Shown: piece after piece, positions 36,651 to 49,884 of the stretch | Layout: each line of letters begins with the position of its first letter | How positions within the stretch are numbered: the stretch's first letter is position 1 | Assembly (NCBI RefSeq): GCF_006345805.1 | Contig: NC_043025.1 | Coordinates: 4,960,001 to 5,024,000, forward strand | Direction of reading: 5' to 3' | Length of the DNA: 64,000 bases | Source of the DNA: Octopus sinensis | Lineage: Eukaryota | Notes under the pieces: model-generated | What the model was told of the DNA's origin: nothing | The model's database searches: none | The model's input: the letters and a program-made list of their open reading frames with translations, nothing else | Position numbers and translations under genes: made by a program

Positions 36651-37249
36651 GCACCCAACACCAGAGCAGAAGACACCTCCGGTAGAGGAATAGGGGCCGA
36701 AAGTGGACGTGGTTCCTCCTGATGATGTCTTGAGCTAACTGGATCCTATAAAGGAGCTGTTGTGGTAGCAGACCATGAAACACGGTTGAAATTCCTCAGT
36801 ATATATAAGAGAGGATTCTTTTAGTTTCCATTTACCAAGTTCACCAATCTGGGGATAAAGTAGAAGATGCTTGCCTAGGGTGCTAAGCAGTGGGACTGAA
36901 CCACCCAACACCAGATCTGAAGACACCTCCGAGAGGTGGGGCTCCACCACGTCAAAGCGGTAGAGGAGTAGGGGCCGAAAGCGGACGTGGTTCCTCCTGA
37001 TGATGTCTTGAGCTAACTGGATCCTATAAAGGAGCTGTTGTGGTAGCAGACCACAAAACACGGTTGTAATTCCTCCTTTAACTCACCCCCACCACTCCAC
37101 TGCTCTTGAAATTCCTCTATCTGCAAGAACATCCAAACAGATCCCTAATTTGGGAGAGCAAACAAACAGAGATACATAAAACCTTTTTCTGTGATTGGTT
37201 ATTGATCTTCAGCTAGGATAGGTTTAAATATCTCATTTTTTCACTCTAT

Positions 37250-37951
37250 TTCTGTGGTTTGGGTTTCAATTCCTTCCCAGTCAAAAAGTAATTTTTTTTT
37301 GTTATTTACTGAAATAAATTGAAATATCTTTTTTTTTACCCCTTAACATTGTTGCTGTTTTGTCTGTTAAATGGTGGTTTGGGTTTCAATTCCTTCCCAG
37401 TCAAAAAGTAATTTTTTTTTTGTTATTAACTGAAATAAATTGAAATATCATTTTTTTTTACCCCTTAACATTGTTGCTGTTTTGTCTGTTAAATGGTGGT
37501 TTGGGTTTCAATTCCTTCCCAGTCAAAAAGTAATTTTTTTTTGTTATTAACTGAAATAAATTGAAATATCTTTATTTTTACCCCTTAACATTGTTGCTGT
37601 TTTGTCTGTTAAATGGTGGTTTGGGTTTCAATTCCTACCCAGTCAAAAAGTAATTTTTTTTTTGTTATTAACTGAAATATCTTTATTTTTACCCCTTAAC
37701 ATTGTTGCTGTTTTGTCTGTTAAATGGTGGTTTGGGTTTCAATTCCTTCCCAGTCAAAAAGTAATTTTTTTTTTGTTATCAACTGAAATAAATTGAAATA
37801 TCATTTTTTTTTTACCCCTTAACATTGTTGCTGCTTTGTCTGTTAAATGGTGGTTAGGGTTTCAAATCCTTCTCAGTCTAAAAATGTTTTTTTTTATTAA
37901 CTGAAATTGGTCTGGTGGAGTAGAACTGATCTGGAGTAAACAACGAAGCAT

Positions 37952-37982
<31 letters not shown>

Positions 37983-39497
37983 AATGGGTCTCGAGACAGC
38001 CTTGCCATAATTACCAAATTTAAATAAATTTAAATTTTTTTTTTTTTTTTTTACCACTTAACATTGTTGCTGTTTTGTCTGTTAAATGGTGGTTTGGGTT
38101 TCAATTCCTTCCCAGTCTAAAAGTAATTTTTTTTTGTTATTTATTGAAATAGATTTAAGTATATGAATTTTTCCATTAATTTTGTAGCAGCTTCGGTGGC
38201 CTAGTAGGTAAGGTGCTAGAAGTAGTGGCATAATAATGGTTGAGGTTTCAAACCTCTGCCAGGAAATCGAAATTTTTCACTTTTTTTGCCTCTAGTGGAA
38301 AAAAAACGAATTTCCTGGCAGAGGTTTGAAACCTCAACCATTATTATGCCACTACTTCTAGCACCTTACCTACTAGGCCACCGAAGCTGCTACAAAATTA
38401 ATGGAAAAATTCAGATATTTAAATCTATTTCAGTAAATAACAAAATAAAATTACTTTTAGACTGGGAAGACATTGAAACCCAGACCACCAAAATAAGATT
38501 ACTTTTAGACTGGGAAGACATTGAAACCCAAACCACCAAAAAAAAATTACTTTTAGGCTGGGAAGACATTGAAACCCAAACCACTTTTGAACAGACAAAG
38601 CAGCAACAATGTTAAGGGGTAAAAAAAAATAAAGATATTTAAATTTTTGTGCCTAATGAAAAGATTTGGTAACTATGGCAAGGCTGCCCTTAGACCCATT
38701 TTTCACACATACACACACACACACACTATGCTTCATTGTTTACTCCAGATCAGTTCTACTCCACCAGACCAATTTCAGTTAATAAAAAATAATTTTTAGA
38801 CTGGGAAGGAATTGAAACCCAAACCACCATTTAACAGACAAAGCAGTAACAATGTTAAAGGGTAAAAAAAAAAAATAAAGATATTTAAATTTTTGTGCCT
38901 AATGAAAAGATTTGGTAACTATGGCAAGGCTGCCCTTAGACCCATTTTTCACACATACACACACACACACTATGCTTCATTGTTTACTCCAGATCAGTTC
39001 TACTCCACCAGACCAATTTCAGTTAATAAAAAATAATTTTTAGACTGGGAAGGAATTGAAACCCAAACCACCATTTAACAGACAAAGCAGTAACAATGTT
39101 AAAAAAAAGATATTTAAATTTAAAAAAATTTTTGTGCCTAATGAAAAGATTTGGTAACTATAGCAAGGCTGTCTTGAGACCCATTTTTCACACACACACA
39201 CACCACACACTATGCTTCATTGTTTACTCCAGATTATTCTACTACTCCCCGAACCAATTTCAGTTAATAAAAAAATAATTTTTAGACGGGAAGGATTGAA
39301 ACCCAAACCACCATTTAACAGACAAAGCAGTAACAATGTTAAAGGGTAAAAAAAAAAAATAAAGACATTTAAATTTTTGTGCCTAATGAAAAGATTTGGT
39401 AACTATGGCAAGGCTGCCCTTAGACCCATTTTTCACACACACACACACACAATGCTTCATTGTTTACTCCAGATTAGTTCTACTCTACCAGACCAAT
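37250..39497. repeat. Foldback-like palindrome built from tandem subrepeats, centred at ~38289
   Basis: Near-perfect inversion 38165-38267/38310-38412 around a 42-bp spacer. Left arm: about six 120-bp units plus one 243-bp unit. Right arm: three 49-bp units plus about four inverted 243-bp units. Confidence 0.88.
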
Positions 39498-39560
39498 TAT
39501 AATTAATGACACTCCAGTTGTGACCATCTCTAGCCACTTGTCTATAATCATAATACAACT

Positions 39561-40152
39561 TCACTTAATAACAAGATGTGCAAAACGGCAGCCTGCACCT
39601 TCCTCTCCATGCCAGCAGACACCCTTCCGGTAGAACCTACACACCTGTGTGCGCTGTCTGTTTCCATCCTTTTTGGTACATGGATAGTCAGGTTTGCTTC
39701 TATCCTTGGCTGTTTCATTTTTTGGTTTTGTTTGAGTTTTAGTTTTTCCATCTTTGACTGTTTCATCTTCTGTTTTTCCTCCTTTTATGGCTCTTTCATC
39801 TCCATGGCTTTTGGTGCTGGTAGAAGCACTTGCACTTGGGTTTACTTCCCGGGCAGGTTTCTCACTTGAATCTTCTTCCTGGGTGACTTCTTTCATCAGC
39901 ACCCGCGTCTCCATCCTTGCCATCTTTACTTTGTTCATTGTCAAAGATGGCATCAAGCGTGCCAATGTGAGATCTTATAAGTGCATAGGAGCGTATAAAC
40001 TCCTGCTTCTTCCACTCTATCTGAGCTACTGTCATTTTATATTCACTGCTCTTCAGCACAGCTGTAATTATGTTGTTCAGATTATCTCCGTCGGCGTATT
40101 GCCAGGCTCTTAGGAACAACGCCAATTCGTCACTTCTCCAGGTTCTGGACAT
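39561..40152 (-). pseudogene. Probable LINE ORF1 (gag-like) fragment with CCCH zinc finger
   Basis: ORF 39862-40152 frameshifts into 39561-39965, ending CRFYRKGVCWHGEEGAGCRFAH (C-x7-C-x8-C-x3-H) after a charged low-complexity linker. No ORF2 follows. Confidence 0.55.
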
Positions 40153-40651
40153 GTTGGATATTTTATTTATTTATCTATCTAATTATTAAAAAAAAAAAAA
40201 TAATAGTGTGATAGAGGGTAGAGAAGAAATAGAGAAAGAAAGTGACTGTATTTAGAGAGATTGAGAGCTGAGAGAAGATAAGAAGAGAGTAAGAGAGGAA
40301 AGATTGTGTGACAGAGAGAAGTGGAGAAGTGAAGAGACAAGGAAACATCAAGAGCTTCAAGGAGAGACAAAAATAAACAAATAAAATACATGAATGAATA
40401 AAAAAAAAAGAATAAAAGAGAGAGAGACCCAAAAAAACTTTAAAGTTTATTTCTTCGTGGCAAGATTTGGGAAAGCTTTCGATAAAATATAAATGCAACT
40501 TGAGAATTTTAAAAATTTCCTCTCATAATTCAAATTCATACATAAAATTCTTTTTCGTTCATACATTTCATTATCATGATTTTTTATTTTTTTTCAATAT
40601 GTATATTTTTATAGATTTTTTCTTTCTTTATTTTTTAATAATAATAATGAC

Positions 40652-40694
<43 letters not shown>

Positions 40695-43065
40695 TTTTTA
40701 AAGTTTTTTTTTACAATTTTTGTTTTGTTTTTCTTGGGAAGGGGGGTAAATCTGTCCTTTTTCTGCTTAAAATTTTTTTTAAATGTTTTTTTTTAATGCT
40801 GTTGAAGAGGAAGGAGTGGAAGAAATAAAAGGATGAGAGGAGAAGAGGATTGGGTGTGAGGCGGTGGAGTAAATTCGAAGGGGGTCGGGGAGGGGGGTAG
40901 GAAAGGAGGAAAATATTATTATTATTATCATCATCATCATTTTTTTTTTATAAATTGCGTGTGTGTGTGTGAGGTTTTATTTCTGAAAAATTTATTTTGT
41001 GTTTGTTTTTTGTTGTTTCCAAATTTGATGGTGTTTCTGTTTCTTTCATTTGTTTTTTTTTTTTTTTTTAAATACTTAAATTAATTTTTTTTTTTTTTTT
41101 TTCAAATTCTTTTTTTTTTTCTGCAATAATAAAAATTCTTACAAGTTCAAGAAATTCAGGAAGATTGGTGGAGAGGAGGAGGAGGGCGTAGGTAATGAAA
41201 GGTGGAGGGGAGAGGAAGAAGAGGGAAAAAAGAGCAAAAAAAAAAACAAAGAAAAAAACAAAATGTTTTTTTATATAGTTAATAATAATAATGATAATAA
41301 TAATAATAATAATAATAGTAGAAGGTAAGAGTTACATTAGTGGTAGAAGCCATAGAAATAGTAGTAATAGCAGTAGTAGTAGTATTAGTAAAATACAAGC
41401 AGCACAAACACACACACTTGATGGACAAGAAATACAAGATTTATAGTGCAGCTGCCTTCTGAGAGAGAGAGAGAAAGAGAGAAGAATATATGTGTGTATG
41501 TGTGTGCGTATATACATATGTGTGTATATATATATATATGTATAAATATATATACATGTGTATATATATACATGTGTATATATATATATGTGTGTATATA
41601 TATATATGTGTATATATATATAAAATACAGTGTACATTTAAACACATTAAGAGGCTTCCATCGTAGGAATCCTTTAAGCTAGAAGGAACAGTTAAAGTCC
41701 AAACCACTAAGTTCTAGGGATAAGGTCTCGAAGGGAATGAAAAATAAAAACATTTACCATGTAATTCCCGGACCATGGTTTCTGCCTTATCTTCCTAGCG
41801 TATTTTATATTATATGAATAATATATAGTCTATGGACTAATTTTCTCGTATGCTAGGATAATTTTGATTACCCTGCTATATATATACATACATATATATA
41901 ATATATATATATATATTATATATATATAATATATACATATATATATATATATATATACATATATATTATATATATATACATATATACACTCACACACACA
42001 AACATATATATATATATATATATTCTTATATGTGTGTATATATATTTTGTTTTATATTTATATATTACAATATATTATGTGTCTGTAAATATATATTATT
42101 GATAGACAGATGAGAAAGCAACAGAGAGACATTAAAAAAAGCGTTAGTCGAAATCTGTCTTGGCCGGAGGTTGAAAAACTTAGAGAGAAAGAGAGAGAGT
42201 AAATGAGAGAGAGAGAGAGGGGGAGGAAACAGGTGCCATCATTCCATGCAATGTTGAGTAACAAAAAAAAATGCAGCAGCAACAACAACAACAACAACAG
42301 TACTTTGTGTCTCCAGAATGTTCTGCCAAATGTGAGGCTTCAGGGGATTCCCAAAATATTCAGGTGGGAGGAGGGAGAAGTGGTTTGGATGAGACAATCC
42401 ATTCTTGATTTACACACACACGACTATCAGACTGTTGAAGACTTGGCCTTTGGATTCTGATGTGCTGCGTTCCTAGCAAATACCAGCTGTTAGATCCATT
42501 GGGCTGGATCACATAATTAATTTCAAATCAATCCAAGCAGGTTTTTAATGGAATATAGAAAAAGTGTATTGGTGTATGTGCACATAAGGTGGCGAGCTGG
42601 CAGAACCGTTAGCACGCCGGGCGAAATGCGTAGCCATATTTCGTCTACCGTCACGTTCCAAGTTCAAATTCCGCCGAGGTCGACTTTGCCTTTCATCCTT
42701 TCGGGGTCGATAAATTAAGTACCAGTTACGCACTGGGGTCGATATAATCAACTTAAATTCGTTTGTCTGTCCTTGTTTGTCCCCTCTATGTTTAGCCCCT
42801 TGTGGGTAGTAAAGAAGCACATATATATATATATACATACATACACACACACGCAGATATATAGACGTATGCATGTATGTATATACACACACAGAAGCAG
42901 CCCTACTCAGAAAAATATCAACAACAAAATAATTACAAGGAAATAGTAAAGAAACAAGACAAAACATTGTTCAGTTTAAAAGCTATTTTCGGAAGGAAAG
43001 GGATCGTGCGAGTTTACAATATGGCAAAGCATAACATCCTCCATCAGCATTATAGAATATCTACC

Positions 43066-43107
<42 letters not shown>

Positions 43108-43439
43108 TATAGTCACAGATATACAAGCCCAAGGATATCATAACTGAAGTTGTTCATATCAGATTTAGATGATATATGTATGTATATATATGTAGATATA
43201 TGTATGTATATATATGTGTATATATATGTATGTATATATATATACATGTATATATATGTATATATGTGTATATATATATGTATATATATATATATATATA
43301 TACAAGTATATGTATATATGTGTATATATATGTATACATGTGTATATATATATGTATATCTATATATATGGCATAGTGGTAAGAGCATGGGCTACTAACC
43401 CCAAGATTCTGAGTTCGATTCCAGGCTGTGACTTGAATA

Positions 43440-43470
<31 letters not shown>

Positions 43471-43717
43471 TATATATATGAGAAACATTAATGAATGCAG
43501 AATACAAGCCTTGGCAAAAATTAATTAAAATATCAGCATTTATGTGTGTATAGTCATGTATGTATGTATGTATGTGTGCGTGTGTTTCTGTGTATACACA
43601 AATGGAAACGTTGCTGGAATACTTCTCTATTAATCCTTAACTTTCATACATTTCTGTTACACTTGACACTAGGAAAATTCCAGTTGGGAGGACTTCTATT
43701 ACGCAGTATAATAAAAC

Positions 43718-43761
<44 letters not shown>

Positions 43762-44133
43762 TGTGTGCATACGTGCAAAACAGAGACGCATCGTTTGCTT
43801 ACAGATATTACAGATAAATAAATACCTAATACCCTCAAACCAAAAAGCATTTTAAGGACAGGAAAATTATTCAAGAGATAAAAAAAAAAGAAAAAATTGA
43901 ATAACGTGTGCATATATACATACATATACGTACACATATATACATACATATATATGTATATATATATATACATATATATGTATATATATATATAAATACA
44001 CACATATATACATACATATATATATACATACATATATACATACATATATATATATACATACATATATATATACATACATATATACATACATATATATATA
44101 CATACATATATACATACATATATATATATATAC

Positions 44134-44171
<38 letters not shown>

Positions 44172-44426
44172 TTATACATACATACATATATATATACATA
44201 CATACATATATATATACATACATACATACATACATATACATACATACATATATATACATACATACATATATATATACATACATATATATACATATATACA
44301 TACATATATATATACATATATACATACATATATATATATATACATATATACATACATATATATATATATACATATATACATACATATATATATATATACA
44401 TATATACATACATATACATATATACA

Positions 44427-44457
<31 letters not shown>

Positions 44458-46258
44458 ATACATATATACTTACATATATATATACATATATATAATACAT
44501 ACATATAAACATATATACATATACAAGACTAAGAACACACACACACACAAAGAATATAGAAACAGGTCTAATTTTAAGTGAATAAAGAATGATATAAGAT
44601 GCTTCTACCAGGATATGTGATATAAGCACACAGGCAAATTATCATTATCATCATCATCATTATTATTATTATTATTATTAGAGAAACACTGTAGTTATGT
44701 TCGTGGAGATTTCGTGCAATGGTGATTGATAAAGAACGGTGACACTAGCAGTTTGTAACCATAGGGACCATTCGAAGGGAGGGGCAGGGCCAGTAATTTA
44801 CTCTATCAGCATCCCTGTCATTGTTATCGCAAAACCCAACTCCCGGGGGGAATTTGAACTCACAATGCAGTAAAGAATACTGCGCAGCACATTTTCTCTG
44901 CTACGTCATCTGTTATGGCTATTTGCCTTTCCATAGGAACGGAAGAAAAATTACAAGAATGTGGTGGGGGGAATGAGAATTTTTTTAAGACACACACACA
45001 TTCACATTGTGTCCCTGATAGCTAAAATGGTCATCCTACTTTAAGCACCAAATTCATGTGAAAGTATCTTTGTGTACATACATATGTGTGTGCGTGTGTG
45101 TATATATATATATATATATCTTTACTCTTTTACATGTTTGTCATTTGAAGCCATGTGCCTTCACACACACACATACATATATACATACATATATGTATAT
45201 ATATATACACATACATATATATGTATAGACATATATATATACATATATATGTATATATATATATATGTCTATACATATATATGTTATATATATGTCTATA
45301 CATATATATGTATATATTATGTCTATACATATATGTATAGACAATATATATACATATATATGTATAGAGCATATATATATACATATATATGTATAGACAA
45401 TATATACATGTGTATATATAGACATATATATACATGTGTATATATAGACATATATATACATGTGTATATATACATACATATATATATATACACATACATA
45501 CATATAGATATATATATACATACATATATATATACATATATATATATATACATACATATATATATATATATATATACATATATAGACATATATATACACA
45601 TATATAAGTACACACACATGTATGTGTGTGCATGTGTATAAATGATTTAAAACTGAGCTGCTATAAATTGCCTGCTTATGACAGCACTCAACCCAGTCAA
45701 ACTGGTATAATATAGTGTGCTATCAGACAATCTTTCAAGCTGTCCTTTCAAAGACAGGATAATTTCTTTAGGATGGGTGCCACTATATATATATATAAAA
45801 TACACCCAGTATAGTTAATCGGGGGATTGGTATCGGGGAGGGCCCTTAAGTGCAGAAACCATAAGCCATGACCAAACAAAAATGCATCACACACACACAC
45901 ACACACAGAAACACTTTCTTATGTGTAGTAGAGAGAGAGAGAAGTTGAAAGCATTAAAGATATCTCCAAGAACAGGAGTGGCAAGGATGTGACAAGAATA
46001 AAAAAAAAGTGCAAAAGAAAGGAAATATTGTAGTTGGCTTTGATCAAGGAACCAACTTCACAGCACCAAGAGAGAAATATAAAGATAGACAGATTATATA
46101 CATATACATACATATATAGAGAAAGAGGCAGAGAGAGAGAGAATTAGAGACCAAGAATGGTAAAATGTTTCTTAAAAAAATATTTATCTGGTCTGGAGCC
46201 TTATTATCAGTAGTGTGGTAGTAGTAGTAGTAGTACTAGTGGTAATAATAATAATAAT

Positions 46259-46700
46259 AATGGTGCACATATGGTTGAGATGCATGTGCCTGGTGTACCC
46301 TTATCTGATGGGTAGTCATTATGGGTATCCTGGACTTTGTATATTTGCACCCCAGGGTCACTTTGATGGCATGCACTGCTCTCTCAATAGTAATAATAAT
46401 AATAATAATGGTGCACATTGGTTGAGATGTATGTGCCTGGTGTACCCTTATCTGACGGGTAGTCATTATGGGTATCCTGGACTTTGTATATTTGCACCCT
46501 AGGGTCACTTTGATGGCATGCACTGTTCTCTCACTCAATAGTAATAATAATGGTGCACATATGGTTGAGATGTATGTGCCTGGTGTACCCTTATCTGACG
46601 GGTAGTCATTATGGGTATCCTGGACTTTGTATATTTGCACCCTAGGGTCACTTTGATGGCATGCACTGTTCTCTCACTCAATAGTAATAATAATAATAAT
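46259..46700 (+). repeat. Tandem trimer of a ~145-bp retroposon 3' segment, each ending in (AAT)n
   Basis: tggtgcacatatggttgag...catgcactgttctctcactcaatagtaataat at about 46260, 46409 and 46551. Confidence 0.8.
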
Positions 46701-47474
46701 AATGTTTCAAATTATGGCAAAAGGTCAGTAATTTCCGTGGGAGGTGGGTGGGGGGTGGTCAAGTCAACTGCACCCCTTCACCTCCGTATCTGACCGGTAC
46801 TTTATTTAATGCAAGGGCGTGTCAACATGTGGACACACTTACACACGGTTTTTTTCACTTGAGGAATTTATGTCTTTTGCGAGTTCTGAGGTTCGAGGAG
46901 AGGGAGACGCAACGAATGCGATAATTCTTGCTTTCTTGGAAGATCGGGGGTGCGGGGGGACTTTAGGGATAACCGGGATATTAGACGGTGTCTGTTATGT
47001 AAATACGACCCTAGGCGTGTGTGTGTGAGTAGTGTGGTGTCGTACTGTGATTCTAAAACCTGAATAATACGCAATGGTGATGGTAAAACAGTCGGATGGA
47101 AGCAGTAATTTAATATAAAAATAATGATTTTAAAATTTGGCCTGTCGGTCAGCTGCATATTTGCAAGGGAGGGAGTGAGGGAGCAAAGGAGAAAGGGCTA
47201 TTGTTATCTGAGTTGACCCCCAGTATATATAGCTTAGATCTGGGCGAAATTCGTCTGTCGTTACGTCCCGAGTTCAAATTCCGCCGAGGTCGACTTTGCC
47301 TTTCATCCTTTGGGGTCGATAAATTAAGTACCAGTTACGCACTGGGGTCGATGTAATCGACTTAATCCCTTTGTCTGTCCTTGTTTGTCCCCTCTGTGTT
47401 TAGCCCATTGTGGGTAGTATAAGAATATATAATATATATATATATAATATATATATATATATATTATAATATAT

Positions 47475-47511
<37 letters not shown>

Positions 47512-47556
47512 TATACTATATAGTTATCTATATATATATTATATATATATCTATAT

Positions 47557-47642
<86 letters not shown>

Positions 47643-47654
47643 ATATTATTATAT

Positions 47655-47696
<42 letters not shown>

Positions 47697-48481
47697 GACA
47701 CCTTATCCTCTCTTCTGGTGGTATATCAACAGCAAGATATTCAATCCTTTCTCCAAAACGGCCAGAATTCCAGTGTTATAATAATAATAATTTTTCCACC
47801 ATAGGTAGAAGGCCTAAAATTTTAGGGGTAGGGGACTAGCTGATTATACTGACTTTGAACTCAGAATGTTCAGAGTTGGAAGAAATGTTGCCAGGCATTT
47901 CACCTGATCTGCTAACAATTCAGTTAGCTCAATAATAATAATAATAATAACAATAATAATGGAGCACTCCATTGGTTACGATGATGAGGGTCCCGGTTGA
48001 TCCGATCAACGGAACAAACAGCTTGCTCGTGAAATTAACGTGCAAGTGGCTGAGCACTCCACAGACAAGTGTACCCTTAACGTAGTTCTCGGGGAGTTTC
48101 AGCATGACACAGAGTGTGACAAAGCTGGCCCCTTTGAAATACAGGTCCTACTCGTTTTTGCCAGCTGAGTGGACCGGAGCAACGGGAAATAAAGTGTCTT
48201 GCTCAAGGACACAATGCGTCGCCGGGAATTGAACTCACGACCTTACAATCATGAGCCGAATACCCTAACCACTAAGCCACGTGCCTTCAATAATAATAAT
48301 AATAATAATAATAATAATCCTTTCTGTTATAGGTACAAGGCCTGAATTTGGGGAGAGGTGGGAGTTGGAAGTTATTGACTCCTGAAAGGGACAAAAAGCA
48401 AAGTCGACCTTGATTGAATTTGAACTCAGAACTTAAAGCTAAGCATTTTGCCTGGCATGCTAACGATTCCGCTAATTCGCC

Positions 48482-48514
<33 letters not shown>

Positions 48515-49555
48515 GCAATAAAATTTGTTGATGAGGAGTGCCGTCGGTTGAATAAAATGCAGCAGTTTCTTGGATTTCACTGCTATTTCTAGCAAACAAA
48601 CCGAGCAACAATGAACCTGCATCATCTTTGGTTAAAGAAGACGAAGAAGCAGTAAGAAGATTAAGATGAAGATATGAGAATAGGTCAGGTCTGATATTGT
48701 TGAGAAGAGATTCAGGGGTGGCTATGGAGTGACACCCTGTGTACAGACTTAATTGTCAGGGTGGGTGCCCAGTGAAAAAAACAAAAACAAACCTGACAGG
48801 TGTAGGGATGGCTGTGTGGCACCTTGGGCAAGTGTCTTCTGATATAACCCCAGGCCGACCAAAGCCTTGTGAGTGGATTTGGAAGGCAGAAACTGAGAGC
48901 AGCCCACTGTGTGTGTGTGTATGTGTCTTTGTTGCTTCTCACCATTTGACAACCGGTGTTTGTGTGTTTACGTCTCCGTAACTTGGCAGTTCAGCAAAAG
49001 AGACCGATAGATTGAGTACCAAAACAAAAGCATCGGGGGTGATTGATTCAACTAAAATTTCTTGGTGCCCCAGCATGGCCGTAGTATTGTGACCGAAACC
49101 AGTAAAAGATAAAATGAAAATTAAAAAAAAAAAAAGATGCCCAAAGAATTTGATCAGATCTGTGAGAGATTTCAGGTTGAACTTAGGAATTATCTTCCAA
49201 GGAATACTTGCTGCTAAGACAAGGACAACCCCAGTGGTTGACTGGTACTGAATATTATGGCCCTAGATACTTAAATGGTAAGACTACGCTAATGACTCTG
49301 CCAGCTTGCTGCCTTGACAACGATAATAATAATAATAATAATAATAATACTATAGGCACAAGGCCTGAAATTTTGAGAGGTGACTAGTTGATAACATTGA
49401 CCCCCAGTATGCAACTGGTACTTAATTTATAGAAACCGAAAGGATGGAAGGCAAAAACCGACCGTTGTGGAGTTTGTAGCAAAGAATATAGCAAAAGGCG
49501 AAATACTAAGCATTTCATCCAGCATACTAACAATTCTTCCAGCTCAGCACCTTAA

Positions 49556-49884
49556 CCCTTAAGTGTTTAAACCGGCCATATCTGGCCCAATATATTCTAC
49601 ATGTTTTATATTCAAACTAGCCATATCCAGCCTCACACACCTACCCTACAATGTCATTCTTAAAATAAACAATCACATCATTGAAACCTCAAATCTATGA
49701 GATAATGCATAATTAATTGAAAACAAGACCAGATCCAGCCTCTCACACCTACCCTACAATGTCATTCTTAAAATAAACAATTACATCATTGAAACCTCAA
49801 AGCTATGAGATAATGTATGATTAATTCAAAACAATTTGAGTGAAAAAGTATTACATTTAACAGAGAAATCTGAACACTAAAGGG
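49556..49884. mobile_element. piggyBac-type MITE with internal ~110-bp tandem duplication
   Basis: ttaa|cccttaagtgtt ... aacactaaaggg|ttaa. Degenerate inverted copy at ~20668-20876. Confidence 0.75.

Noticed and set aside
36650-37075. ~150-bp direct duplication (ggtagagga.taggggccgaaag...gcagacca) with ORFs 36571-36783 and 36735-37061
   Set aside because: The duplication is real but I recognise no domain or element ends. It is probably a LINE scrap flanking a SINE fragment.
38187-38390. tRNA genes in the palindrome centre, and the tRNA-like stretch at 43368-43430
   Set aside because: A and B boxes are present but acceptor and anticodon stems do not pair. Treated as SINE-type heads, not tRNAs.
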